NCBI RefSeq assembly: GCF_018350175.1
Contig: NC_058368.1
Coordinates: forward strand, 87,484,001-87,548,000
Length of the DNA stretch: 64,000 bases
Direction of reading: 5' to 3'
Source: Felis catus
Taxonomy: Eukaryota
The position numbers and the translations under genes were made by a program. This document shows, piece by piece, positions 11,996 through 23,800 of the stretch. The notes beneath the pieces were generated by a model that was given only the letters and a program-made list of their open reading frames with translations, searched no databases and was not told the origin of the DNA. The stretch's first letter is position 1. Every line of letters begins with the position of its first letter.

Positions 11996-13709
11996 TGGGG
12001 CTGAATGAAATGTAGAGTGAGGGCATATTCTAAGCTGTGAAGGGCAGACAGGTGACAGAGAGGTGTCAGTTTGGGGGAGGGAAATGGAGTAGGCAGCAGG
12101 GAATGATCTGATGCTGTACACAGTCATCTCTAGGCTCTGCATTTTATCTGCCGCAGGGCCACTGGCCCTAGGCAGAATTGTGAGCACTGATTCCCAGCAC
12201 TCCACAGCAGCATCTCCGGCCAGTCACAGGGCTAGGAGCTCCAGCAGAGGGTGTGGGCGTGACCACCTCAACCCAAACTACCTGGGCTAGCCTTGGTCCA
12301 GGCCAAGCTGCTGGCTGGTGTTTCTGAAATTGAGTGTGCCTGATTCCTGCTAACCGTGAGTCCAGGGAAAACCTGAAGGGGGTGGCTGCACATAAGATAC
12401 CTGGGTATGTATCTGTCATTTGGGGGAACACTCACTGTTCACAAAGAACTTCACTGCTTCACTTTGGTGCATCTCCTGTTAAAGTCGAATCCAGGTATTT
12501 GACAAATGGCGGATCCCAGTAACTGCACTAGTCAGGAGTGATGATTTTGCAGTCTATAGGAAACAGGAGGTGCCCAGGCCCTGAAGTGCGAACAACACAG
12601 CTAAGGGATCCAGGTTCTCCTCAGTCCATCCACTTTCTACCCATTTGTTCTGCCAGGCCACTTTCTTCAGGGGAACTGATTTCATTTCTGCTTGGCCTTC
12701 AAACAGGATCTGAGGCAAATGGGTTCTGTGTCGTCAGGCGCTGCTCTGGTAGATGGAACCTTTTCTTTGCCTTCTCTTCTGTGGGAAAGTCCAACTTCGG
12801 TGTGGAGCAGATGATGCAGAGGGCTGGTGGGAATCGGGTCTGCTCAGGGATCCTGGACATGCCTTCTCCCAGGCTCCAGAGCCTGGAAGATTAGGGATGG
12901 GTGCAGGAAGACCCCTTTGAGCCACCAGACTATGTTCAGCATAGAGTAGTGGCAAGTGGCCCTGTCTGGGGGTCCGGCGGCCCTGATTCCTGCTCGCCCC
13001 TCACTGTTACCTGACTTCAAATACCCTTCGCCTCTCTCCCCAGCACAGTATGCACATCTAGCCGTACCCTCCGCTGAAGCGAGGAATGAGCTTCCCGATC
13101 AGCCACTCGTGGCCGGGATTCCCCACAGCCCCTTTGCGCATCCCCCAGGGTTGTCCTAATGCTCAGAAGAGCCTTAGCGGGCAGCCCTGTCTCAAACTGT
13201 GAATCATCCCTGGAAAGCGCGGGCTGCTGCGGGCTGCGACGGGGAGGAGGGGTCTCCGTCTCGGCAGCCCAAGCAACCCCGGCGGCCGCGAGCTGGGCGT
13301 GAGGGAGGGGTTCCGGCTGCAGGGGGGTTGGGTCGGGAGGGTCCCAGGCGGACTCCGGGAATGCAGTGGCCCAGGGCGCGCGGGAGCGTCCTCCTTCCGC
13401 TGCCCCCTCCCAGTTCCAACATTCCGGCGCGGCTCCGGGATCGGGATCGGCCCTTCCCGGCGTCCCCGGGCCCCCGGCCAGCCCATGGTCCGCCCCCAGG
13501 CGCGTCCCCAGCGCAACACCGGGGTGGTCCAGGCCGCAGCCGCGCGGTGGGCCCCACAACGCCCCCGGCCGGACGCCCTTGTCCCGGCGGGCGCGCGCGC
13601 GCGCGCGCGCGGAGCGGGGCGGGGCGCGCGGGCCGGGCCCGGCCGGGGGGTGTCGGATGTCACCCCCCGCGCACACCTCGACCACTGAGATGCGGAGACC
13701 TCCCCAGTC

Positions 13710-13836
13710 CTAGAGCGGAGCAGGAAGTGTCCCAGGGGAGGGAGCCGGAGGGCTCCGGCCTTTCCTTTCCTGCGCGTCCGGCGGGCTCCGCGGCGGCCAG
13801 GCTAGCGCGGCCCGCCAAAGGGGACGCGCCGCGGCG
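13710..13836 (+). other. ZNF496: Probable non-coding first exon of ZNF496 (5' end approximate)
   Basis: Consensus donor GCG|gtgagt at 13837 inside the CpG island. The TSS cannot be fixed from sequence alone. Confidence 0.65.
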
Positions 13837-13889
13837 GTGAGTGCGGCCCGGGGCTCGGCGGGGCCCGCGCGCTCTGCCCGGTGCCTTCC

Positions 13890-14233
13890 CGAGCGCCCCG
13901 GCCTCCCCGCGCCCTGCTCCCGGCCCCGGCCTCCCCGCGCCCCGCTCCCGGCCTCCGCGCGCGCCCCGGCCTCCCCGCTCCCGGCCCCGGGCTCCCCGCG
14001 CCCCCGCCTCCTAGCCCGCAGCCCCGGCCTCCGCCTCCGCCCTGACCTCCCCCCGTGCGCTCCCCGTTACCGGCCCCTCAAGCCCGGGCCTCCCCGCCTG
14101 CAGTCGCGGTCTCTCCGCGCGCCCGGCCTCCCCGCGCGCCTGGGTCTCCCCGCTCGCAGCCCAGGTCTCTCCGCGCGCCCGGCCTCCCCACGCGCCCGGG
14201 TCTCCCCGCCCGCAGCCCAGGTCTCTCCGCGCC
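13890..14233. repeat. GC-rich tandem repeats in ZNF496 intron 1
   Basis: Reiterated CCCCGGCCTCCCCGCG units, and a 56-bp period with GGTCTCTCCGCGC at 14108, 14164 and 14220. Confidence 0.85.
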
Positions 14234-15701
14234 AGGGACTCCGCGGGCGGGGCTGTAAGGCTGCACGAATGCTGTTTTGCAGGCGCCTCCATTTGCTGCA
14301 CTAGTTCAGCCGCGTTTTCGTGCATGAGCGGGAGACGGGGGCTCGACCAGCCAAGGAGAGAGTCCCTCGGCCTCAGGAAGGACGCCCGGGAGGCCGGGCT
14401 GGAAGGATGAGGAGCTGCTGCCGGAGACTTCCGCAGCAGCAGGAGGGATTGGAGTTAGACTCGGGGAAGGAGGTCCGGGCTGCGAGGTGAGGAGCCTGGA
14501 GCGGGTTACGCTGGAGGCGCGCCTGGGGTAGGCGGGGAACGAGGACAGCCTGCCTCTCTGTCTGGCTTAGCGTGCCCTCCTCCTTCCTTTCTGCTGATGG
14601 GGCTCTGTCCTCCGAGAGCTGCTACAGGCATGCCCCGCCCCCTCCGGGAAGGCCCCCGGGACTTAAGTTAGCTCATTCATCAGGCATCCTTCTGCGCCGC
14701 CTGCGTGCCAGGTGCCAGGTCCCGGGGTGACAAAGGCAGACCCGGCTGTCTGCTTAGGATGATCCTCACAGACCCCGAGCGGGATGCCCCACTGCGAACA
14801 GAGTGTAGAAGGTGGGGCCCGAGCCCCCACCCAAGCCTAGGGGCAGGTCTGAGAAATATAGAGGCCCGGCAGGTGTGCGCTGGCTGAACTCAGGGAACGT
14901 GGGGGCGGTGGAGGAGAGATTGTATTCCAGGTGCTGGAGGCGGGAGGACACCCAGACACACTTGGAATACTTTGGTGTCATTCTGTATTGGTTTCTATGT
15001 TGCAGAGCAAGGGGGTCCAGAAACTGGAGTGTTTCTGATTGCCACTCAGTGGTCTTTGTTCTCTCTCCTGGCCTCACTGGTCTTCCTGTGAAATGGGAGT
15101 GAGCTGGAGCCTTATGCAGACTGGAGTCCAAGGCTCTCATGTTTCCCCATTCGCCCTTCCCTTGAGTCCCACAGTGCAGAGTCAGGGTTACTGCTCCCTG
15201 ATGTCGCCCTGTGTGTGTTCACTGGGGAGGTGCAGGTGTAACTGCGCCAGAGTGCCCCCACCTCACTCCTGACGGAGGAAGGGCCGTGAGCAGTACACGG
15301 TTGCCTTCATCATGGTTTGAAGAGGACAAGGGGGTGGGGTAGAGGCTCGATGGAAGGCCAGTGCATCTTTAAACACATCCTAAAGTTTGCCATCCAGACT
15401 TGGGGGCAAGATGGGTAGAGGCTGATCTGAAAGCACTGATGTTTTTACATACGTAGTTACCTTCTGCTCTACACTCAGGATGTACCTGCCTCTTTTGACT
15501 CTTCCCATCTTATGCATGGGCATCATCTGGGCTGTGTGCTTTATCCCCCTGGATTCTGCTGGGTGCCATTAATTCTTGCTCTGTGTGAGTCCAGATCCAG
15601 CACCGACGGCTGGCCCTGGGCACCAGCATGGCTGATTTCTGGTCCCGGATCCTCTTTGAAGGCTCCTCCCAGGCACCCCAGGCATGTCTGTGTCTTTCCA
15701 G

Positions 15702-15806
15702 CTCTTTTTGTAAAGGTCTCAAGGGCAAGAACGGGGACTTTGGCTGCGAAGTCTCAAGATAGCGGCCTATTCACTTGTCCTGTCCAGGAGGACCTGGCCA
15801 CGGAAG
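15702..15806 (+). other. ZNF496: Probable 5' UTR exon of ZNF496
   Basis: Acceptor tgtctttccag| and donor AAG|gtacca, 350 nt before the first coding exon. Confidence 0.5.
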
Positions 15807-16193
15807 GTACCACAGAGTCTCAATTCAATCTCTGCCCTGCATGTGGCCCTGTCAGGCTCCCTGGATGCCTGAAATGCCCGTGATGTGTTGATATGCTAGC
15901 GCTTCTCTCCCAGATCCTCTGCCTCATTTGGCTGCCCCGTTAGGGAAATCCTGTCATGATGCTCTTGTGTTGGGGGGGGGGGGTCTTCCCTATCTCCCCT
16001 TGTGTAAGAGCCAGCCACAGTGACCCTTGTCCCATGTCCGAGGACTTGTCCCACGGGCTGGTCTCTGTGGGTTTTGTCACTTTCCCCATCACTGCCCCCA
16101 AAAAACTGCCACAGGAGACCAGAACATTGAAGCCAGTGATTTCTGTTTGGAAATAGGGTCGTCCTCTGCTGCTGACCCCCATCAAATCCCATC

Positions 16194-16583
16194 ATGCCCA
16201 CAGCCCTGTGTCCCCGAGTCTTGGCTCCGAAAGAAAGCGAGGAGCCCAGGAAAATGAGGAGCCCACCAGGAGAGAACCCTAGCCCCCAGGGCGAGCTTCC
16301 CAGCCCCGAGTCCTCCCGCCGCCTCTTCCGCCGTTTTCGCTACCAGGAGGCGGCGGGCCCCCGGGAGGCCCTGCGCCGCCTCTGGGACCTGTGCCAGGGC
16401 TGGCTGAGGCCCGACAGACACACCAAGGAACAGATCCTGGAGCGACTGGTGCTGGAGCAGTTCCTGGCCATCCTGCCCCGTGAGATCCAGGGCTGGGTGC
16501 GGGCCCAGGAGCCTGAGAGTGGTGATCAGGCTGTGGCGGCTGTGGAGGCGCTGGAGCGGGAGCCTGGGCGGCCCTGGCAGTGG
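16194..16583 (+). CDS. ZNF496: ZNF496 coding exon 1 (start codon, SCAN domain); exon probably starts at 16157
   Basis: [60 protein letters not shown]...[20 protein letters not shown]...[10 protein letters not shown] matches the recalled ZNF496 N-terminus and SCAN motif. Acceptor aaatag| at 16156, donor TGG|gtgagc at 16584; 390 nt, phase 0. Confidence 0.97.
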
Positions 16584-16857
16584 GTGAGCAGGGGGACACA
16601 GCGGGGCTGGGCAGCACTGATGGGGAGGGTGCCTCGGGGCCCCTGGCTGCGAAGAAGTTCTGTGTAGAGCCCCACACTTCAGCAAGGCTCACACTGGAGT
16701 TTGGTTTCCCAAGAAAGCAGGTTCCATTCCTTGAGGGTCCTGCTTTGGGGCATGGTTCTGTCCTATGCGGGGCCCTGGCGGAGCCTATGGCGGTCACTGT
16801 GCAGATGGTCAGCAGGACCTCTCCACCTCGCCCTGAGCACCCTCTCTGGGATTGCAG

Positions 16858-17041
16858 CTCAAGCACTGTGAAGACCCCGTGGTGATTGATGATGGCGAAG
16901 GCCCTCCAGACCGAGAGCCGGAGCGGCTGCCGGCAGAAGCCCAGAGCGACCTTGCAAAGAGCCAGGACAGCCAGCCCACGGCCGTAGCACAGGGCCCTGG
17001 GCTCCCAAGCAGAACCCCGGGCCAGCCCGGTGGGGATCCAG
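16858..17041 (+). CDS. ZNF496: ZNF496 coding exon 2
   Basis: ttgcag|CTC AAG CAC TGT (LKHCEDPVVIDDG...GDP) to CCA G|gtactc; 184 nt, phase 0 to 1. Confidence 0.95.
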
Positions 17042-17924
17042 GTACTCAGTGGGGTTACCCCTCCCTGTGCCTCTGGCTCTGGACTTGGGTTTTTCTTGCT
17101 CATCCCCTGAAGAGCCATGAACTGTTTCCATGGTCTGGGTCCTTCTCTAGAGCAATTCAGTCAGGATCTCCTGAGGATGTGTGCCCCCTTCACTGTGGTA
17201 AATCCACACAGAGCGACCAGGGCTGTGGGTGGGTGTCTGAGGCCGCACCATCTCCTCTTCTTGAGGGTGCATCTCCAGACTTGGTCGGTTTGGGGAGACG
17301 CCTGTGTGGGTGGCTGAGCACAGCCACATCTTGTGTCTCCAAACCTCCTTCCCCAGTGAAGAAATAGCTGCTCTCCGGATTTGTTAGGAAGCTGCAAGGA
17401 AATCTGCAAGTGCTTCAGAGGGAACAGGGTGGGTTTTTCAGGCCTGAATGTCGCCTGGACCTATTTGGCTATCTGTACAAAGAATGCCAGTGGTGGCTTG
17501 AGGCAGGTGGCTTTGACGACTCTAGCTATGACTGAGAGCACTCTCCAAGTCCTGGTTTCCTGGCCCACCCTTTGGGGATAATCATCACCCATATGGGTCT
17601 TTTGAGAATTAAAGGACTTTACCCACAGAATGCTGAGAGCGGAGACCCTGAGCCCTTCTTGACTTTTGGTCGCGGTAACCACCATGGGAAGTTGTGGTTG
17701 AGGGGAGTGACCCCAGTGGGGTGCAGGTTGGTGTGGGCAGACTCCCCACATTGTACTGTAGTTACACATGCCATAGGAAGCCGGGAGTGCACTCCTGTGA
17801 CTCACAGAAGTGATCCTTTATAAGCTTTTCAGTAAAAAAAAAACACACAAAAAAAAAAACATATTAAGTTTCTTTTTGGGTGGAATTAATCTGATTTTAG
17901 TACAGATGTCCAGGCACGCTGGCC

Positions 17925-18250
17925 TTGTGTTAGTTTGCTAGGGATTGCTTGGCAAAGCATCGTACCGGGCAGGCCCAACAATGCAGGTTTACATCCTCAG
18001 AGTTCTGCGGGATAGATGTTCTAAACCAAGGTGCAGGCAGGCTCGCTTTCCCATGAGGCTCCTTCCTTGGCTTGTTAATCACTGTGGTCTCCCTGCATCT
18101 CCACACGGTTGTCCTAATCTCTATTTATAAGGACACGAGTCGTTGGAGCAGGGCCCACCCTTGTGACCTCACGTTAACTCATTACCTCTTGAGAGATCTC
18201 TCTAAATGCAGTCATATTCTGAGGTACTAGGATTGGGACACAACTCAGCC
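17925..18250. mobile_element. MaLR (MLT1-like) LTR
   Basis: TGTGTTAGTTTGCTAGGG...TAAGGACACGAGTC...GTCATATTCTGAGGTACTAGG...CACAACTCAGCCCAGAAC. Confidence 0.75.
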
Positions 18251-19807
18251 CAGAACTTATTCTCCCAGATAAACCTTGTGTGTGCACACAGCCTGGGTCG
18301 TGCCCTGAGAGGGTCTTCAGGAGGGCAGATAGGAGATCCAGGGGCTGCACCAGCCCAGGCAGGTGAGCCAGGTGCTGCAAGGGGCTTTGGGTCAGATAGG
18401 TCAGCTCCAGTATTTCCCCGGACAACAGTAAATGGACAGAGTAGGCATGATGCGAGTTAGTTATCAGGAAGACCTTAAAATTCATCATTGACTTGTGGGG
18501 ATGAGCTTCCAGTAGCAGCTATATAGTTCCTATGTTGTTGTTTTTTTTGTGTGTGTGTTTTTTTTTCTAAGTTTATTTATTTATTTAGAGAGTGAGAATG
18601 GGATAGCATCAGCAGGGGAGGGGCAGAGAGAGGGTGAGAGAGAGAATGCCAGACAGCCTCAGCACAGTCAGCACGGAGCTTGACTCAGAGCTTAAACTCC
18701 CAACCGTGAGCTCGTGACCTGAGCAGAAATCCAGAGTTTGACACTTGACCACCTGAGCCACCCAGGCGCCCCAGTATAGTTGCTAATCTTGAAGGTCTTC
18801 CTCAAAAGCTAGATTTTGTTTGGAGACAGAGCTCTGCAGAGGGATGTGCATAGTGTCCCTGCACTCATTTCTTCTGGGGACATGTAAGGCAGGGCTGTAG
18901 TCCCTCCCTCAGAAGGCAGCAGGTAAGAGAGCATATTAAATCACCCCCTACTCCAATCCTGAGCTTCCACAGCTGGGGCAGCCAGACAGCACCACAGGAT
19001 AAACTGGCTCCCCTCCTGGTGTCTCGCCTGTGCCATGACGAAAGCTTCGTGTCCCAGGTCCGAAAGGTGAGGGACACTGGCTTCCAGTGTTAGCTTTGGC
19101 AGTGATTTAACACGTGACCTAGGGTCAGCCTCTGGGATTTCCTCTCAACCAGGAGATGGTAGTACAGCTTTCCAAGTCTCCCTCTGTAAAAGGAGCATAT
19201 TGTTTTTTTAAAGTTTACTTATTTTTCGGAGAGAGAGAATCCCAAGCAGGCTCCACACCATCAGTGCAGAGCCCGATGTGAGGCTCAAACTCACAAACTG
19301 CGAGATCGTGACCCGAGCCAAAATCGAGAGTTGGAGACTTAATCGACTAAGCCACCCAGATGCCCCAAAAGGAGCGCATTCTAAAACACGGCTCGGGTTC
19401 ACACAGCAACTCCCTGCCAGGTACATGCCCCCCCCCACACCCCGGCTAGCAGAAGCCTGAGGCAGGCAATGAGTCCCAGCCAGAGGAGGGACGTCATAGG
19501 AGAATATAGCAGAGGTCCCAGCAGCTCAAGTGGAGGGCAGGTGAGATGACTAATCCCATACTCTGCACTTTCATGTGACAGTAGCTCTTCCAAGAGTACC
19601 TCACAGCTGCTTCCTCATGCAACTTTGCAATTTATGAACTTAAAAATCTGTAGATGATAGTGGAGCCTACAATCATGTTCATTACTAGCAGCTCTTACTG
19701 GCACCACAGCCCCGTAGAGCTTTAACCTTTATTTTCCCCCATATCGCGGTTGAAGCTGAGATCCCTGAACCCATGGAAAGTTGCAGAGCTACCTGATGGC
19801 AGCATAC

Positions 19808-20590
19808 AGTTATCCTGATGAGCTGAGTAAAAACACAGATTTGCTAACCTACTGTATTGTCCACCTGAAACTAATATAATGCTGTATGTGTACTATACTG
19901 GAATTAAAATTTAAAAAAATAAAATAATAGTGGCACCTGGGTAGCTCAGTCAGCTGAGCATCTGACTCTTGATTTCAGTTCAAGTCATGATCGCAGGGTC
20001 ATGGGTTTGAGCCCCATGTTGGGCTCTACACTGAGCGTGGAGCCTCCTTGGGATTTTCTCTGTCTCTGCCCCTCCCTGCTCATACTCTTTCTCTTAAAAA
20101 AAAATTAAAAAACGGGCACCTGGGTGGCTCAGTCAGTTAGGCGTCTGACTCCGACTCAGGTCATGATTTCATGGTTTGTGACTTCAAGCCCTGCATTGGG
20201 CTCTGTGCTGACCGCTCAGAACCTGGAGCCTGGTTTGGATTTTGTGTCTCCCCCTCTCTCTGCCCCTCCCCCGCTCATTCTCTCTCTCTTTCTCTTTCTC
20301 TCTCTCTCTCTCTCTTTCCCTCCCTCTCCCTCTCTCTCTGCCAAAAATAAACATTAAAAAATTGTTTAAAAATTGGGGGCACTTGGGTGGCTCAGTTGGT
20401 CAGGCGTCCAACTTTGGCTCAGGTCATGATCTCATGGTTTGTGGGTTTGAGCCCCGCATTGGGCTCTGTGCTGACAGCTCAGAGCCTGGAGCCTGCTTCA
20501 GATTCTATATCTCCCTCTCTCTCTGTCCCTCTCCTGCTGACACTGTGCAACTCTCTCAAAAATAAATAAGCATTAAAAAAATTTTATTAA
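19808..20590 (+). mobile_element. L1 3' fragment followed by three tandem Can-SINEs
   Basis: L1 tail CACCTGAAACTAATATAATGCTGTATG; SINE heads at ~19930, 20114 and 20376. Confidence 0.85.
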
Positions 20591-20775
20591 AAAGCATCAC
20601 GTATTATACACAAAAAAGCTCCCTAGAGACTGAGCGCACATGACCCAGGCATTCCCCACTGAAGCCTTCTCATTGGTGATGTAAATTCTTGTGGTTCACA
20701 AGTGCTTTACCCCTTCGACGTCTTGCAGATGAGAAGAGACCTTAGATTTATGAATCCACGTTTCCTCTCTTTCAG

Positions 20776-20852
20776 TTCTGCAAGAGCCTGCCCTTCTTCA
20801 GGAGGCAAGTCTGAGGGATACACAGCAGGTAACCACCCTGCAGCTGCCCCCG
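20776..20852 (+). CDS. ZNF496: ZNF496 coding exon 3
   Basis: Pyrimidine tract ctctctttcag|, encodes (V)LQEPALLQEASLRDTQQVTTLQLPP, donor CCG|gtgagt; 77 nt restores phase 0. Too short for the ORF track. Confidence 0.93.
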
Positions 20853-23800
20853 GTGAGTGATGTGTGGACAGCCCTTGAAGAACCCCATCTCTGCCCGCCA
20901 GCTGTGATGGTGGGAGACAGATGTCCTCCCCCTGTGTGTTAGGGTTTCCCCCTTGTGAAAAAAGGGAGACCTCTCTTTTCATACTTCACAGGGTACTGTC
21001 TTATGCAGTGATAACCACAGTGATTGTATTTAGGAAATGGAGGAAAAGCAGAGATATGTCAGTGCTGTACGCAAGTGGGCATGTTGTTGGGGAGTTTCCT
21101 GGGCGTTTTTCCCTGTTGTGATTCTGCACAAGGCCGTGCAAAGCTTCCCTTGTTGGGCGTCCCTGTGGGATGGAAAGCTGGTCCGATAGGGGGTCTCACG
21201 CACTTCCTTCCAGCCCCCTTGCCTCTGGCCACGGTTTCTCATCACACCCCCTTTGTTTCTCTCTAATGATGTCTGCTGGCTGGCACGCGACTTGGGTATT
21301 ACAGCCTGGTCTGTTTGCACGAGAAAGTGCATGACAAGAAGGTGTGGACCTTGTCTGGTTATTGTTCCTTACAGATGGAGGGCCATCTGAAGGATGGTAG
21401 ACACACAGTAATCACGTCCCAAGGTTGCTCTCGGCCATCCTAAGCACAATGCATCCCGCATAACCTGAAGCCTGGGTACGTGGTACCAGGCACATGGGGT
21501 GGGGTGCCTCCTTTCCCCAAGAGCTGCGTTCGTGGGCTCTGTTCACGTGTGTCAGCATCTCCCATGTAGTGTGGTGGCTGCTGAGCACAAGTGTGAGCCC
21601 AAGGAGGGAAAACTCAGGTTTCTTATTAAAGATTGAGACTTTTGGCCAGTATGACACACAGAGATGCTGTGACCTTAGTATCTAATGAGCCTTGGTATTC
21701 GTCTTTGAATTTCTCTGCGTTCCTGTACCCCAACCAAGGTATTCGTCTTTGAATTTCTCTGCGTTCCTGTAAAGGCCCCAGTAAACAGGAGACAGATTTT
21801 GGTAAGTCAGTGCTGTTTCATCACTCTGCTGAAGATCATTTCTGCTCAGTGCAGTGAAAGTCTTCATCACGAAGGTTTTTGTTTCTCAGTCTTTCTAACA
21901 TTTTTTTAAGTTTATTTATTTTGAGAGAGAGAGAGAGAGAGTGAAGGAGGGAGTGGCAGAGTGAGAGAAAGAGAATCCCAAGCAGGCTCTGTGCATGTGG
22001 CTTGAACTCACAATCTGTGAGATCATGACCTGAGTGGAAATTAAGAATTAGACACTTAACCGACTGAGCCCCCCCAGGCGCCCCTTAGTTTCAATTGTAG
22101 TAAAATACATGTTACATAAAATTTACCATCTTAACTATTTTTATGTACTGTAGTGTTTTTAAGTGTTTAGTAATACACATATTCACACTGTCATGCAGCC
22201 CACCTCCAGAACTTTCTCATCTTTCCAAACTGAAACTCCTCACTGGTTCCAGGAATAGCTCCCCGTGTCCCCAGAGAGATGACCATTCTATTTTATGAAC
22301 TCAGCTACCCTAACTAGCTTGCATAAGAATTACACCTTTGTGACTGGCTTGTTTCATGTAGTATAGGGACTTCAGGGTCCGTCCATACCATATCCTGTGA
22401 CAGGACTTCCTTTCTGAGGCTGGATAATATCCCATAGTGTGTGTATAATGCATGTTGTTTATTCATTTTTGGTGGACCCTTGGTTTGTGTCCAGCTGTCG
22501 TGAATAATGCTGCTGTGAACGTGGGTGCATGTAATGTTTATCTTTTTTCTTTGAGTAACTACCTTCGCATGCAGTTGTGAGAAATATCAGAGATCTCTTG
22601 TACTCTTTACGCTAAATGGTAATGTCTTGCGAAAACACAGCCCGAGGCTACAGCCAGCGCACTGGTGTTGATACACACACGATACAGAACATTTGTGTCA
22701 CCACGACCATCCCTCCTATTGCTTTTTATAGTGAAATCCATGGCTCCTTCACGCCGTCCTCTCGTTGGCCACACTAACCACAGATGTTGTCAACTTCACG
22801 AACGTCGTATAGACGGACCCCTGCCTTTGGGGGTTGACTGTTCAGTCGGCACGGTCTGAGGAGCTGTTTATTTCTGAGTGGAATTCCATGGTCCAGATAC
22901 ACCACATTTTTTTGCCCATGCACTTGTTGAACAACCTCTGGGTTGTTTTCTAGTTTGGGCCATTCTGCCTAATGCTGTTGTAAATATTTGTAAGGTTTTT
23001 ATGTGAGCGTCACTTTGTGTCTCTGGGGTAAATGCCCAGGTATATAGTCACTGGGTTGTGTGCTAAGTGCAAATTTAGTTTTGTTTTCCGGAGGGACTCT
23101 ATGCCATCCCATTCCCATGAGCAGTGTGTGAGTAATCTACATTCTCGCTGCCACCGTTTACTGTTTGCACTGTTTTGTTTTTTTTTTTAAGCTGTTCTGA
23201 TGGGTGTGCTGTGATGTCTCATTATGGTTTACATTTTCATTCCATGAGGGCTAATAATGTTGGGCATCTTTCCTGTGCGGATCTGGCCTCTGAATATCCT
23301 GTCATCTTCTATGGAATATTTCATCACTTTTGCTCATGTTCTAATGGGACCATTTGCATTTTTCTCTTACTTTGAGAGTTCCTTATATGTCCCAGATATT
23401 TGACCTTCGTTGGATATGTGTTTTGTAAATGTTTCCTCTCATTCTGGAGCTTGACTTTCCTTCCCTTTGACAGGGTCTTCCCACCCCCTCTCCCCTGCCC
23501 CCAACCAAGGTTTCATCCATTTTATTTTACTGTATTTAATTTTTATTTTATTTTTTTTATTAAAGTATAGTTGAAGCCCAAAAGTTTTTAATGTTCATTT
23601 ACTCCAAATTGTCAGTTTTTCCTTTTAAGGATCATGCTTTTGGTGTAAAGTCTAAGAACTCTTTGCCTGGTCTTCAATCTCAAAAACTTCATCCTATATT
23701 TTTGCCTAAAAGTTATATAGTTAAACATTTTCCATTTTAAGTCTATGATTGGTTTAATCCATGATCTGTGATCCAGTTGGATTTGAGTCCATGATCTCTA

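Larger units (their letters stand above)
13180..14330 (+). promoter_or_regulatory. ZNF496: CpG island / ZNF496 promoter
   Basis: Very high GC and CpG density, GC boxes (GGGGCGGGGC near 13616), ETS-type CAGGAAGTG at 13721-13729, and a splice donor downstream. Confidence 0.9.

Noticed and set aside
1..13000. NLRP3 exons expected upstream from recalled synteny
   Set aside because: No recognisable PYD, NACHT or LRR coding sequence in this window.
13017..14325. Multiple overlapping Arg/Pro/Gly/Ala ORFs
   Set aside because: Expected stop-codon depletion in a CpG island.
16279..17118. 279-aa antisense ORF over ZNF496 coding exons 1-2
   Set aside because: Shadow of GC-rich coding exons; no recognisable domain.
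21694..21771. Repeat-spacer-repeat resembling CRISPR
   Set aside because: Only two copies with a 10-bp spacer, in a mammalian intron.
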